Below are positions 19,614 to 27,660 of a stretch of DNA of 64,000 nucleotides, piece by piece. This DNA comes from an uncultured Streptomycetaceae bacterium. GTDB lineage: Bacteria > Pseudomonadota > Gammaproteobacteria > Burkholderiales > SG8-41. Position 1 is the first letter of the stretch. Each line of letters begins with the position of its first letter. The notes below the pieces were generated by a model. That model saw only the letters and a list, made by a program, of their open reading frames with translations. It ran no database searches and was not told the DNA's origin. The translations under genes and the position numbers were made by a program. The stretch covers positions 16,285 to 80,284 of the forward strand of contig CAZFRR010000176.1 in the NCBI GenBank assembly GCA_964521405.1, given 5' to 3'.

Positions 19614-19641
19614 GGTCACCTGTCACGGGTCACCGGTCACG
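19614..19641. repeat. tandem heptamers GGTCACS x4
   Basis: ggtcacc tgtcacg ggtcacc ggtcacg, directly after the terminator. Confidence 0.7.
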
Positions 19642-19647
19642 CTTTAT

Positions 19648-20430
19648 CTAAAAACGGTAGCGCATGCCGAGGCGCAGGCCCTGCACCCGGAGCGGGCTGG
19701 CCGCGTCCTGAAGCAGGTCGTAACTCAAAGCCCAGCTTGGCGTGAGCCAGTGCTGGCCGGTGAAAGCGAGCTGGCGCGGGCCGGAACTTGCGGGATCATG
19801 GAACGGCGTGAAGGTCTCCACATCGCGTCCCACCGCGAGGCCGAAGCTGCTGGTGATGCTGTGCTGATAACTCATCTGCAACTGGTAGCTCGGGGCGAGA
19901 CCGGCGCCGGACTGGTACCAGGGAGCCAGCGTGTAACCGTTGTTGACCGGCGTATCGCCGGTTGCGCCGTAACGCAAGCCGGCATCCGTATCGTACACCC
20001 CGTACTTGAGCCCCACGCTCAAGGCGCGTCCCTGGCTCAACGAGGTGTGCAACTGGCCAGCGAGCGTGTAACGCCGGGGCGCGAACAGGGATTCCTGGGA
20101 AATCCCCGCTTCGAACGAGGAGCCCCAGCCGCCCGGCAGGGAATAGACGACGCCCCCGTACGATTCAGGCATGCGTAGCCCGAGGCGGGGCGCGTCGCGC
20201 GTACCGGCATAGAGCGTGTATTCGGACGTGCCGGACGTGCGCGCGTTCTGCCAGACCTGAATGGCTTCGCTGCCGAAAGCCGTGTAATCAGGGAGCTTCG
20301 CCGCGCCAGCCCGGGGCTGGAGTCCGAGATCCGCTACATAATCTCGCGTCCTCGCAGGCTCGCCGATAGCGGCGCCAGAGACGAAAGCGAGCAGGGTGAT
20401 GAGTGCGAGCTGTTTGAGGGGGTGGCTCAT
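19648..20430 (-). CDS. putative outer-membrane beta-barrel protein
   Basis: Signal peptide MSHPLKQLALITLLAFVSGAAIG. Alternating aromatic and small residues. C-terminal ...GMRYRF. Family not recognised with confidence; it may be YaiO-like. Confidence 0.5.
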   Translation of the reverse strand: MSHPLKQLALITLLAFVSGAAIGEPARTRDYVADLGLQPRAGAAKLPDYTAFGSEAIQVWQNARTSGTSEYTLYAGTRDAPRLGLRMPESYGGVVYSLPGGWGSSFEAGISQESLFAPRRYTLAGQLHTSLSQGRALSVGLKYGVYDTDAGLRYGATGDTPVNNGYTLAPWYQSGAGLAPSYQLQMSYQHSITSSFGLAVGRDVETFTPFHDPASSGPRQLAFTGQHWLTPSWALSYDLLQDAASPLRVQGLRLGMRYRF

Positions 20431-20635
20431 ATGACCTTGGAATAGAGTGTAACTCCCACGACCGCAGCGATCAATTCAGTGTACCAACCCCGCAGTTGAG
20501 GGCGCAACAACTCACGCACATTGGGCTGCGAGGGTGGCTGCACCACGTCCAGGCATGGCGGGAAGGTAATGCACCAATAACTGGCGTCTTATCGGGATGC
20601 CTTTTTCAACCCCTTGAATGAATTATAAAAATAGT

Positions 20636-20651
20636 TGGCACAACGGTTGCT
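20636..20651 (+). promoter_or_regulatory. sigma-54 (-24/-12) promoter candidate
   Basis: TGGCAC-aacgg-TTGCT matches TGGCAC-N5-TTGCW exactly. It lies 60 nt upstream of the ybiB-like ATG. Confidence 0.6.
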
Positions 20652-20710
20652 AGACCACAGGGGAAGGGATTGCCTTCTGCGCTGCGGATGGGCCCTCCCG
20701 GGAGGCCCAG

Positions 20711-21694
20711 ATGAGTCTGACACAGGCGATCAAGTTGCTGTCCGGCGAGATAGCGGGGGAACGTGACTTAAGCGAGCGCGAAGCTTACGAACTGATGTCG
20801 GCAATGCTCGATGGGGGGCTCGGCGAACTCGAGCTGGGCGCGCTGCTCGCATTGCTCGAGCACAAGCCCGTGACGCTGGCCGAGTTGCTGGGTTATTGCG
20901 CTGCGCTGTCGCCGCGTTGCAGCCGCTTGAAGCCGCCGCCAGGTTCCGCGCGGACGGTCCTGTTCGCGTGCTATCACGGCGTGCGCAGCCAGCCGCACCT
21001 GCTGCCGCTGGTCGCGCTCATGCTGCAGCGGCTCGGCGTGCCGGTGCTCGTGCACGGCGTACTCGATGGCGCCGGCGGTGTCGCCGCAGCCTACGTCTTT
21101 CGCGAACTGGGCGTTCTTCCCTGCATGAGCCTTGCCCAGGCGCAATCCCGGTTCGATGAGCACCAGCTCGTTTTTGTTCCGACCGCTGTGCTCTCGCCAG
21201 GGCTTGCCGAACTGCTGGCGTTGAAAGGGCGCCTGGGTTTCGGCGGCTTCATCCAGGCGATCGCCAGGATGCTGGTGCCGTTCGAGGCCGAGACACTGCA
21301 GGTGGCGGGAACCAACGCGGTGATGGACAGCGCGTTGCTGCGCGAGTATCTGGCGGTGAGCGGTTCAAGGGCGTTATTGCTCGAAGGGGTGGAAGGGGAG
21401 GCGTTCGCCGATCCCCGGTGCAGGCCGCGACTCGAGCACGTGACCGCGGATGAGTGCCGGGTGCTGTTCGAAGCGGAAACCGTTACGTTGAAGCAGGCCG
21501 CTGCGCTGCCGTCCGCGAATGACGCGCACACGGTGGCGAACTGGATCCGCCGCGCGATGGCGGGAGAAGTGCCGTTGCCCCCGCCGCTCGTCAACCAGAT
21601 CGCCTGCTGTCTCCACGGCGCGGGCTATACCGATGACATAAACCAGGCCAAGGCGATCGTCGCCGTCGAGACCAGTAGCCTCGCCGCCGCCTGA
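20711..21694 (+). CDS. ybiB: TrpD2/YbiB-family protein (glycosyl transferase family 3 fold, nucleic-acid binding)
   Basis: Collinear with my memory of E. coli YbiB: LELGALL, VLVHGV, FDEHQLVFVP (compare LDEHQPVFMP), QIACCL (compare QMACCL). Confidence 0.75.
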   Translation: MSLTQAIKLLSGEIAGERDLSEREAYELMSAMLDGGLGELELGALLALLEHKPVTLAELLGYCAALSPRCSRLKPPPGSARTVLFACYHGVRSQPHLLPLVALMLQRLGVPVLVHGVLDGAGGVAAAYVFRELGVLPCMSLAQAQSRFDEHQLVFVPTAVLSPGLAELLALKGRLGFGGFIQAIARMLVPFEAETLQVAGTNAVMDSALLREYLAVSGSRALLLEGVEGEAFADPRCRPRLEHVTADECRVLFEAETVTLKQAAALPSANDAHTVANWIRRAMAGEVPLPPPLVNQIACCLHGAGYTDDINQAKAIVAVETSSLAAA

Positions 21695-21857
21695 ACTTTC
21701 CGCGGGCCGGGTTCCTGCTCCGTCCGGGGGCGGCCTGCCCAAACAAGCTGTCCGCAAGACCCTGCTGCCGAGTCGAGTAAGCGGGGCGGGCCTTTGCGGC
21801 TGTGCTAGAATTTTCGCCAGTTGTTACCAAAAAACACTACTACAAAGGAGCGGATCG

Positions 21858-22445
21858 ATGAGCGCGATATTCCAGTCATTGGGGAAAACCATCACTGCCG
21901 GGTTCGTGATTCTGATCGTCATCATCCTCGCGACGGGCGGCGCGGGCGCAAAAGCGGGCGATCATGCCTGGTGGGCATTCGTGTTTCGCTGGCTGCACGT
22001 GATGTCGGGTGTCATGTGGATCGGCCTGCTGTGGTATTTCAATTTCGTGCAGACCCCGTCCATGCCGAAGATTCCCGACGAGCAGAAACCCGCGGTGAGC
22101 AAGGTGATCGCGCCGACGGCGCTGTTCTGGTTTCGCTGGTCCGCGCTGGCTACGGTCGTAACCGGCCTCATCGTCGCTGGCATGGCGGGCTATCTTGGCT
22201 CGGCGCTGATGCTGAACAAGGGCGTGCATGCGATCGGGATCGGCATGTGGCTCGCCCTGATCATGGCGTTCAACGTGTGGTTCATCATCTGGCCCAATCA
22301 GAAAAAGGCCCTGGGCATCGTCCAGGTGTCGGCCGAGGAGAAGGCCGCCGCCGCGAAGCTGGCCGGCATGACTTCGCGCATCAACACCATGCTGTCCATA
22401 CCGATGCTGTTCTGCATGGTTGCGCAACAAAACGCCGGATTGTGA
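21858..22445 (+). CDS. integral membrane protein (possibly related to the membrane domain of PuuD-type urate hydroxylases)
   Basis: Several predicted TM helices. The WLHVMSGVMWIGLLWYFNFVQ block recalls that family, but the functional call is weak. Confidence 0.55.
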   Translation: MSAIFQSLGKTITAGFVILIVIILATGGAGAKAGDHAWWAFVFRWLHVMSGVMWIGLLWYFNFVQTPSMPKIPDEQKPAVSKVIAPTALFWFRWSALATVVTGLIVAGMAGYLGSALMLNKGVHAIGIGMWLALIMAFNVWFIIWPNQKKALGIVQVSAEEKAAAAKLAGMTSRINTMLSIPMLFCMVAQQNAGL

Positions 22446-22471
22446 CCGCCTGATTGCCATCAGCCGTACGT

Positions 22472-22502
22472 AAAAACGCCCGGGGCTCCCGGGCGTTTTT
22501 TT
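22472..22502 (+). terminator. intrinsic terminator
   Basis: aaaaaCGCCCGG-ggctc-CCGGGCGttttttt. Confidence 0.85.
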
Positions 22503-22506
22503 GCGC

Positions 22507-22698
22507 GTTCCAAGTTCCAAGTTCCAGGTTCAAAGTTCCGAGTTCAACGTTCCATGTTCCAAGTTCAAAGTTGAACTTCGTACTCGGATGTCGTCCAACC
22601 TTGAACCTTGAACCTTGAACCTTGAACCTGGAACCTTGAACCTTGAACCTGGAACCTGGAACCTGGAACCTGGAACCCGGAACCCGGAACCCGGAACC
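22507..22698. repeat. large inverted pair of heptamer arrays (GTTCCAA-type x~9 / CTTGAAC-CTGGAAC-CCGGAAC x~14.5)
   Basis: Left arm 22507-22570, unique centre 22571-22596, right arm 22597-22698. The right arm shows block-wise unit changes: ccttgaa, then cctggaa, then cccggaa. Confidence 0.9.
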
Positions 22699-22707
22699 GA
22701 TAGCGCG

Positions 22708-23172
22708 CTAGCGCGCGGGCGGCGCGCGTTCGATCCCGTCCACCTTTGCGCCCGGCTTGATGCCGCGCTTGCCGAACCAGCCCAGATTGACCTCCAGCGC
22801 GTACTTGGCGGGCTTTGCGGCGGGATGGGTATCCTGAGTATGCGGTTTCATGTCCTCGATGTTGATGATTACGCCGCGCTCGTCGAGGAAAGCCACGGAC
22901 AGGGGGATGTAGGTGTTCATCATCCACATGGCGTGTACAGCGGTATTTTCGAAAACGAACAGCATGCCGCGGCTCTCGGGGAGCATCCGGCGGTGCATCA
23001 GGCCCTGCATGCGCGTGGCATCAGTGTGCGCGACTTCCGCCGTCAGCTTGTGCCCGTTGACCGACAGGATGACCTCGGGAAGCTGCTGGGCTTGCGCTGC
23101 GGCGTAAACCGCCAGCGTCAGCGCCGCCACTGTCAGCGGATACCTGATGAACCGCCGGGCAATGCAATTCAT
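22708..23172 (-). CDS. DUF192 domain protein, secreted
   Basis: Signal peptide. RMQGLMHRRMLPESRGMLFVF and YIPLSVAFLDERGVII are DUF192-like blocks. Start set at MNCIARRF. The stop TAG lies in the palindrome GCGCGCTAGCGCGC. Confidence 0.7.
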   Translation of the reverse strand: MNCIARRFIRYPLTVAALTLAVYAAAQAQQLPEVILSVNGHKLTAEVAHTDATRMQGLMHRRMLPESRGMLFVFENTAVHAMWMMNTYIPLSVAFLDERGVIINIEDMKPHTQDTHPAAKPAKYALEVNLGWFGKRGIKPGAKVDGIERAPPAR

Positions 23173-23175
23173 CTC

Positions 23176-23297
23176 GAACCGCCGAGGCGCCGAGAGAAGC
23201 AAATACAAGAATAAGATTCAGGCAAAAAGAGACTCTTCATCATCAGATGTTATTTTTTGCCATTGCTCATGTTTCTCTCGGCGTCTCGGCGGTTCAA
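23176..23297. repeat. inverted repeat with 8-nt-unit arms and GAACCGCC / GGCGGTTC termini
   Basis: gaaccgccgaggcgccgagagaagc (23176-23200) pairs with tttctctcggcgtctcggcggttcaa (23272-23297). The spacer is AT-rich. Confidence 0.85.
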
Positions 23298-23304
23298 TGG
23301 TTCT

Positions 23305-23709
23305 TCACCGCGGCGCGCTGCTCACCAGCCAATCTGCGATCGCATTCAGCAGCTCGGTGACTTCGCCGATTGGCGGCAGCATCTTGATTGCCGCAGCCGG
23401 GTGTCTTGCGCCCAGGTCTTTCAGCAGGAGAGGCAGGTCCTTTTTCAGGTGACCGCCCTGCGCGAGGAACAGCGGCGCGATGGTGATGCGCTGGTGGCCA
23501 TCCCTGACCAGGTGCGCGACGCAGTCGCCGAGCGCCGGTTCCATCAGCTCGAGGAACGCAAGTTCCACGGTGAGATCGGGGCGGCGGCCCGAGACTGTTT
23601 TCTGGAGCGAGCGGAATGGCTCGGCCCATTGTGCGTCGCGAGCGCCGTGCGCAAACAGAACCAGTGCTGAGTGTTGAGTGTTGAGTGTTGAGTTAACAGT
23701 TGCAGACAT
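23305..23709 (-). CDS. CbiX/SirB-type chelatase domain protein
   Basis: VLFAHGARD...ITIAPLFLAQGGHLKKDLP. N-terminal codons (VNSTLNTQHS) are encoded by a heptamer array, so the start is uncertain. Confidence 0.65.
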   Translation of the reverse strand: MSATVNSTLNTQHSALVLFAHGARDAQWAEPFRSLQKTVSGRRPDLTVELAFLELMEPALGDCVAHLVRDGHQRITIAPLFLAQGGHLKKDLPLLLKDLGARHPAAAIKMLPPIGEVTELLNAIADWLVSSAPR

Positions 23710-23760
23710 ATAAGCGCTTGCTCCTCCTTCACTCAAAACTCAACACTCAAAACTCAACAC
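23665..23760. repeat. inverted heptamer arrays (GTGTTGA-type / ACTCAAM-type)
   Basis: Left arm gtgctgagtgttgagtgttgagtgttgagtta. Right arm actcaaaactcaacactcaaaactcaacac. The element spans the dut stop to the cbiX-like start. Confidence 0.85.
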
Positions 23761-24209
23761 TAGCCTTTGCCCGTGCTGCCAAACCCGCTCGCGCCGCGGC
23801 CGCTCGCGCCGAACTCCTCCACCACGTTGAAGCCGACCTGCACCACCGGCACGACCACGAGTTGGGCGAGGCGCTCCATCGGGTTGACGGTGAAGGGGGC
23901 GTTGCCTCGGTTCCAGGTCGATACGAAAATCTGGCCCTGGTAGTCGGAGTCGATCAGCCCGACAAGGTTCCCCAGCACGATGCCGTGCTTGTGGCCCAGG
24001 CCCGAGCGCGGCAGGACCACCGCGGCGAGGCCCGGGTCAGCAAGGTGAATGGCGATGCCCGTGGGAATCAGCTCGGTGTGGCCGGGCGCGAGCATGACGG
24101 GAGCGGCGATGCAGGCGCGCAGATCGAGCCCCGCCGACCCCGGCGTCGCGTACTGCGGCAGCTGGCCGCGCAGGCGCTCGTCGAGAATCCTGACGTCGAT
24201 CACTCTCAT
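23760..24209 (-). CDS. dut: dUTP diphosphatase
   Basis: [31 protein letters not shown] and GFGSTG motifs. Confidence 0.95.
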   Translation of the reverse strand: MRVIDVRILDERLRGQLPQYATPGSAGLDLRACIAAPVMLAPGHTELIPTGIAIHLADPGLAAVVLPRSGLGHKHGIVLGNLVGLIDSDYQGQIFVSTWNRGNAPFTVNPMERLAQLVVVPVVQVGFNVVEEFGASGRGASGFGSTGKG

Positions 24210-24223
24210 CTGGATGCAAAGCT

Positions 24224-24305
24224 AAAACACGAAGGACACAAAGGACACGAAGGGTTTGTCGATTACTTTATGATTTCCTTTGTGCCCTTGGTGTCCTTTG
24301 TGGTT
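24224..24305. repeat. inverted repeat with 9-nt-unit arms (ACACNAAGG)
   Basis: aaaacacgaaggacacaaaggacacgaaggg pairs with cctttgtgcccttggtgtcctttgtggtt. The right arm runs into the coaBC stop codon. Confidence 0.85.
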
Positions 24306-25513
24306 CAAGATTTTGTTTTTCTTCGTGCGCCGTAGAGCCCGGCGATGTAGGAAATCAGCTGCCGCGCCACGATTTCCTTGGAAGCGCGCGCGAGCTTGTG
24401 CGTGCCCTGGTCGTCGAGGAGCGTCACTTCGTTGTCGTCGGAGCCGATGGCTTCCTGGGCCAGATTGGCGACCATCAGGGGCACTTTCTTCCTGCGCCGC
24501 TTCTCCTCGGCGTAGCGATCGAGATTGCGGCTCTCGGCGGCAAAGCCGACGCAGAACGGCGGGGTGGGTCGAGCCGCCATCCAGGCGAGGATGTCGGGAT
24601 TGGGCACAAGCCTCAATTCGAGCTGCTTGCTGTCGGTCTTCTTGATCTTGTGCCGCCTGGGCTTGTCTACCCGGTAATCGGCGACCGCAGCAACGCCGAT
24701 ATAGATGTCGGCGCGCGCCGCGTTGCGCTTGACCGCATCGAACATCTCGGCGGCTGTCACGATCTGCGTCACTTCTGCGCCCGCCGGGGCGGAGAGGCTC
24801 ACGGGACCCGATATGAGGGTGACCTTGGCGCCGGCATCCAGCGCCGCGCGCGCGATCGCGTAACCCATCTTGCCCGAGCTGCGGTTAGTGATGCCGCGCA
24901 CGGCATCGATAGGCTCGAAGGTCGGCCCGGCGGTGATCAGCACTCGAGTGCCGGCAAGCAGCTTGGGCGCCAGCAGCCCGGCAACCGACTCGGCGATCTC
25001 GTACGCTTCGAGCATGCGCCCCATGCCGACTTCGCCGCATGCCTGGTCGCCGCTCACGGGCCCCAGTACCGACACGCCGTCGCGCAGCAATCGGTCGATA
25101 TTGCGTCGCGTCGCGGGGCTCTGCCACATCTGGCGGTTCATGGCGGGCGCGACGATCAGCGGGCACTCGCGCGCCAGGCATAGCGTCGAGAGCAGGTCGT
25201 CCGCCAACCCATTCGCCAGCTTGGCGATGAAATCGGCCGTGGCGGGCGCGACGACGATCGCATCCTTGCCGCGCGACACCTCGATATGCGCCATGTTGTC
25301 CGGGATGCTGGCGTCCCACATGTCGGTGTAGACCGGTTTTCCGGACAAAGCCTGGAAAGTTGCAGGGGTAACCATGCCCTGAGCCGCCTCGGTCATGACT
25401 ACCTGGACGTCGATACCGAGGCGCTGCAGGTCGCGCGTCAGCTGCGCCGCCTTGTACGCGGCGATGCCCCCGGTGACACCGAGGACGACAGATTTTCTTG
25501 AATTTTCAGCCAT
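24305..25513 (-). CDS. coaBC: bifunctional phosphopantothenoylcysteine decarboxylase / phosphopantothenate-cysteine ligase
   Basis: VVLGVTGGIAAYKA and PAMNRQMW, followed by the C-terminal CoaB domain. Start at MAENSRK. Confidence 0.95.
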   Translation of the reverse strand: MAENSRKSVVLGVTGGIAAYKAAQLTRDLQRLGIDVQVVMTEAAQGMVTPATFQALSGKPVYTDMWDASIPDNMAHIEVSRGKDAIVVAPATADFIAKLANGLADDLLSTLCLARECPLIVAPAMNRQMWQSPATRRNIDRLLRDGVSVLGPVSGDQACGEVGMGRMLEAYEIAESVAGLLAPKLLAGTRVLITAGPTFEPIDAVRGITNRSSGKMGYAIARAALDAGAKVTLISGPVSLSAPAGAEVTQIVTAAEMFDAVKRNAARADIYIGVAAVADYRVDKPRRHKIKKTDSKQLELRLVPNPDILAWMAARPTPPFCVGFAAESRNLDRYAEEKRRRKKVPLMVANLAQEAIGSDDNEVTLLDDQGTHKLARASKEIVARQLISYIAGLYGARRKTKS

Positions 25514-25560
25514 GTAGCGCTTCATCTTCAAGTGGGGGTAAGAGTGTAACCGCAAACGGC

Positions 25561-25595
25561 GTGAATCGTAAATCGTTAATCGTTAATCGTGAATC
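25561..25595. repeat. tandem heptamers GTNAATC x5
   Basis: gtgaatc gtaaatc gttaatc gttaatc gtgaatc. Confidence 0.8.
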
Positions 25596-25627
25596 AAATT
25601 TCGCCCCAGGTAAACGCGGTTTGCGCC

Positions 25628-25653
25628 TGACTCGTTAGAGGACTAACGAGTCA
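25628..25653. repeat. perfect 11-bp palindrome TGACTCGTTAG-agga-CTAACGAGTCA
   Basis: Read directly. It lies 20 nt upstream of the radC start in the coaBC/radC divergent region. Confidence 0.85.
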
Positions 25654-25672
25654 CTATTTATGAATAACGCTT

Positions 25673-26347
25673 ATGGCTATCACTGACTGGCCGCTCGATG
25701 ACCGCCCGCGCGAGAAGCTGATCGCGAAGGGCGCTGAAGCGCTGTCCGACGCGGAACTGGTGTCTATTTTTTTTCGCACCGGCGTCAAGGGCAGGAGCGC
25801 CGTGGATCTCGCTCGCGAAGCGCTCGTCCGCTTCGGTTCGCTCTCCGGGCTGTTCGCGGCGGACTCGGGAGCGCTAACCGCCGTTTCAGGGCTGGGGACG
25901 GCAAAATACGCGCAACTGCAGGCGGTGCTGGAGATGGCGCGCCGCGCGCTGCGCGAGAAGCTCGAGGTGAGCTCGGCGCTCGGTTCTCCGCAGGCGGTTC
26001 GCGACTTTCTGCGATTGAAGCTGCAGGACCGCCCGCACGAAGTTTTCGTTGCCGTCTTTCTCAATGCCCAGAACCGGGTGCTGGCGGTGGAGGAGCTGTT
26101 CCGCGGGACGCTGACCCAGACCAGCGTCTACCCGCGCGAGGTGGTGAAACGCGCGCTCGCCCACAACGCGGCCGCACTGATCTTCGCTCACAACCACCCC
26201 TCGGGTATCGCGGAGCCGAGCCGTTCCGACGAGGCGCTCACCCAGGCGCTCAAGCAGGCGTTATCGCTGGTGGACGTCAAGGTGCTCGACCATTTCGTGA
26301 TTGGGGCGGGGGCGGCGATGTCGTTTGCCGAGCGCGGACTGCTCTAG
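25673..26347 (+). CDS. radC: RadC-family JAB/MPN domain protein
   Basis: [18 protein letters not shown] and [15 protein letters not shown] (JAMM motif). Confidence 0.9.
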   Translation: MAITDWPLDDRPREKLIAKGAEALSDAELVSIFFRTGVKGRSAVDLAREALVRFGSLSGLFAADSGALTAVSGLGTAKYAQLQAVLEMARRALREKLEVSSALGSPQAVRDFLRLKLQDRPHEVFVAVFLNAQNRVLAVEELFRGTLTQTSVYPREVVKRALAHNAAALIFAHNHPSGIAEPSRSDEALTQALKQALSLVDVKVLDHFVIGAGAAMSFAERGLL

Positions 26348-26483
26348 GCAACAAGCACATCTGGCGCATTGCCGCTGGCATAACGCAGGTGTTGTATTTG
26401 GCTTGATTGGACTAAGATTGGAACTGCAACGCCGATGGTGGTGTATATCCGGCTACATCAGACTGGATCAAGGAGGGTCTATC

Positions 26484-26936
26484 ATGCACTACAAGCACAT
26501 CATGTTGCCCGTTGACGGATCAGAGTTGTCGCGTAAGGCGGAAAAGGAGTGCGTCGCCTTCGCCAAGTCCACTGGCGCGAAAGTGACCGCGATCCACGTG
26601 ATATCGCACTTTTACTTGCACTTTAAGCCATATGAAATACCCAAGAACGTGCCCGCCAAGATCGAAACAGAGCACGAGGAGGAAACCAGGGAAGCCGCAC
26701 AGAAGATAACCTCCGCGCTCGTGTCGCGCTTCAAAGCGGAGGGCGTTGACTGCGATGGTCTGGTCGTCGTCGGCGACCATCCTTACGAGGAGATCATCAG
26801 CCACGCCGAAAAGCGCAACTGCGATCTGATCATGATGGCTTCGCATGGCCGCAGGGGCCTCGATGCCGTGCTGCTCGGCAGCGAAACGGTGAAGGTGCTC
26901 ACGCATACCAAGATTCCGGTGCTGGTTGTGAGGTAG
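26484..26936 (+). CDS. universal stress protein (UspA family)
   Basis: HIMLPVDGSELS...MMASHGRRGLDAVLLGSETVKVLTHTKIPVLVV. RBS aaggaggg. Noticeably lower GC than the neighbours. Confidence 0.85.
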   Translation: MHYKHIMLPVDGSELSRKAEKECVAFAKSTGAKVTAIHVISHFYLHFKPYEIPKNVPAKIETEHEEETREAAQKITSALVSRFKAEGVDCDGLVVVGDHPYEEIISHAEKRNCDLIMMASHGRRGLDAVLLGSETVKVLTHTKIPVLVVR

Positions 26937-27095
26937 GCCGGGAATCGTGAGCCTGCTTCAGGGGCGCTGCGACATCGTTCGTCGAAAGCGGGTTTCTTAT
27001 CACTCGTCGCGCCCTGCGGAGCCGCCGGACTAGGGCTTGAGGCGTCGGCGAAAACCCTGTAGAATCCGCGCCTTTCCTGAATTCCGGAGCTGTCC

Positions 27096-27332
27096 ATGTC
27101 ACGCGTATGCCAGGTCACCGGCAAGAAGCCGATGCTGGGAAACAATGTGTCCCACGCCAACAACAAGACGCGGCGGCGCTTTCTGCCGAACCTGCACTAC
27201 CGCCGCCTCTGGGTCGAGAGCGAGAATCGCTGGGTCAGCTTGCGCCTGTCCCAGGCCGGGCTGCGCACCATCGACCGCAAGGGAATCGACGTCGTGCTGG
27301 CCGAGATGCGGGCCCGCGGCGAGAACGTTTAG
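27096..27332 (+). CDS. rpmB: 50S ribosomal protein L28
   Basis: [33 protein letters not shown]. Confidence 0.95.
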   Translation: MSRVCQVTGKKPMLGNNVSHANNKTRRRFLPNLHYRRLWVESENRWVSLRLSQAGLRTIDRKGIDVVLAEMRARGENV

Positions 27333-27359
27333 GGAAAACCTGAGACAGGGGGTTACGCC

Positions 27360-27515
27360 ATGCGCGAAAAAATCAAGCTCGAGTCGAGCGCCGGAACCGG
27401 CCACTTCTACACCACGACCAAGAACAAGCGCACCAAGCCCGACAAGATGGAATTGATGAAATTCGACCCGGTGGCGCGCAAGCACGTCATCTACAAAGAG
27501 ACGAAGATCAAATAA
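27360..27515 (+). CDS. rpmG: 50S ribosomal protein L33
   Basis: Not in the ORF track (51 aa). My translation: [51 protein letters not shown]. Confidence 0.9.
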   Translation: MREKIKLESSAGTGHFYTTTKNKRTKPDKMELMKFDPVARKHVIYKETKIK

Positions 27516-27585
27516 TCAAGCGGCAGCGCAGGCCGTTGGAGCGGACGCAAGCGCCGCTCAACGGCGAAGAGACTTTCGAAAGCTA

Positions 27586-27614
27586 AAAAGCCCGCCGTCA
27601 GGCGGGCTTTTTTA
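27586..27614 (+). terminator. intrinsic terminator after rpmG
   Basis: aaaaaGCCCGCC-gtca-GGCGGGCtttttt. Confidence 0.85.
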
Positions 27615-27619
27615 TTCAA

Positions 27620-27656
27620 CTCGAAACTCGAAACTTGGAACCTGGAACCTGGAACC
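27620..27656. repeat. tandem heptamers (CTCGAAA x2, CTTGGAA, CCTGGAA x2)
   Basis: Single array between the rpmG terminator and the convergent desaturase stop. Confidence 0.75.
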
Positions 27657-27660
27657 GCGG

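Noticed and set aside
20431-20635. Unassigned 200-nt region upstream of the sigma-54 promoter as an sRNA or riboswitch.
   Set aside because: I could not recognise any known riboswitch core or a terminator defining an sRNA. It is more economically explained as a regulatory upstream region for the sigma-54 promoter.
22507-22698. Could the regularly spaced repeats here (and at 40669-40809 and 41677-41876) be CRISPR arrays?
   Set aside because: The period is only 7-10 nt and there are no unique spacers between units. The arms are mutually complementary, and no cas genes or leader are present. These are micro-tandem repeats, not CRISPR.
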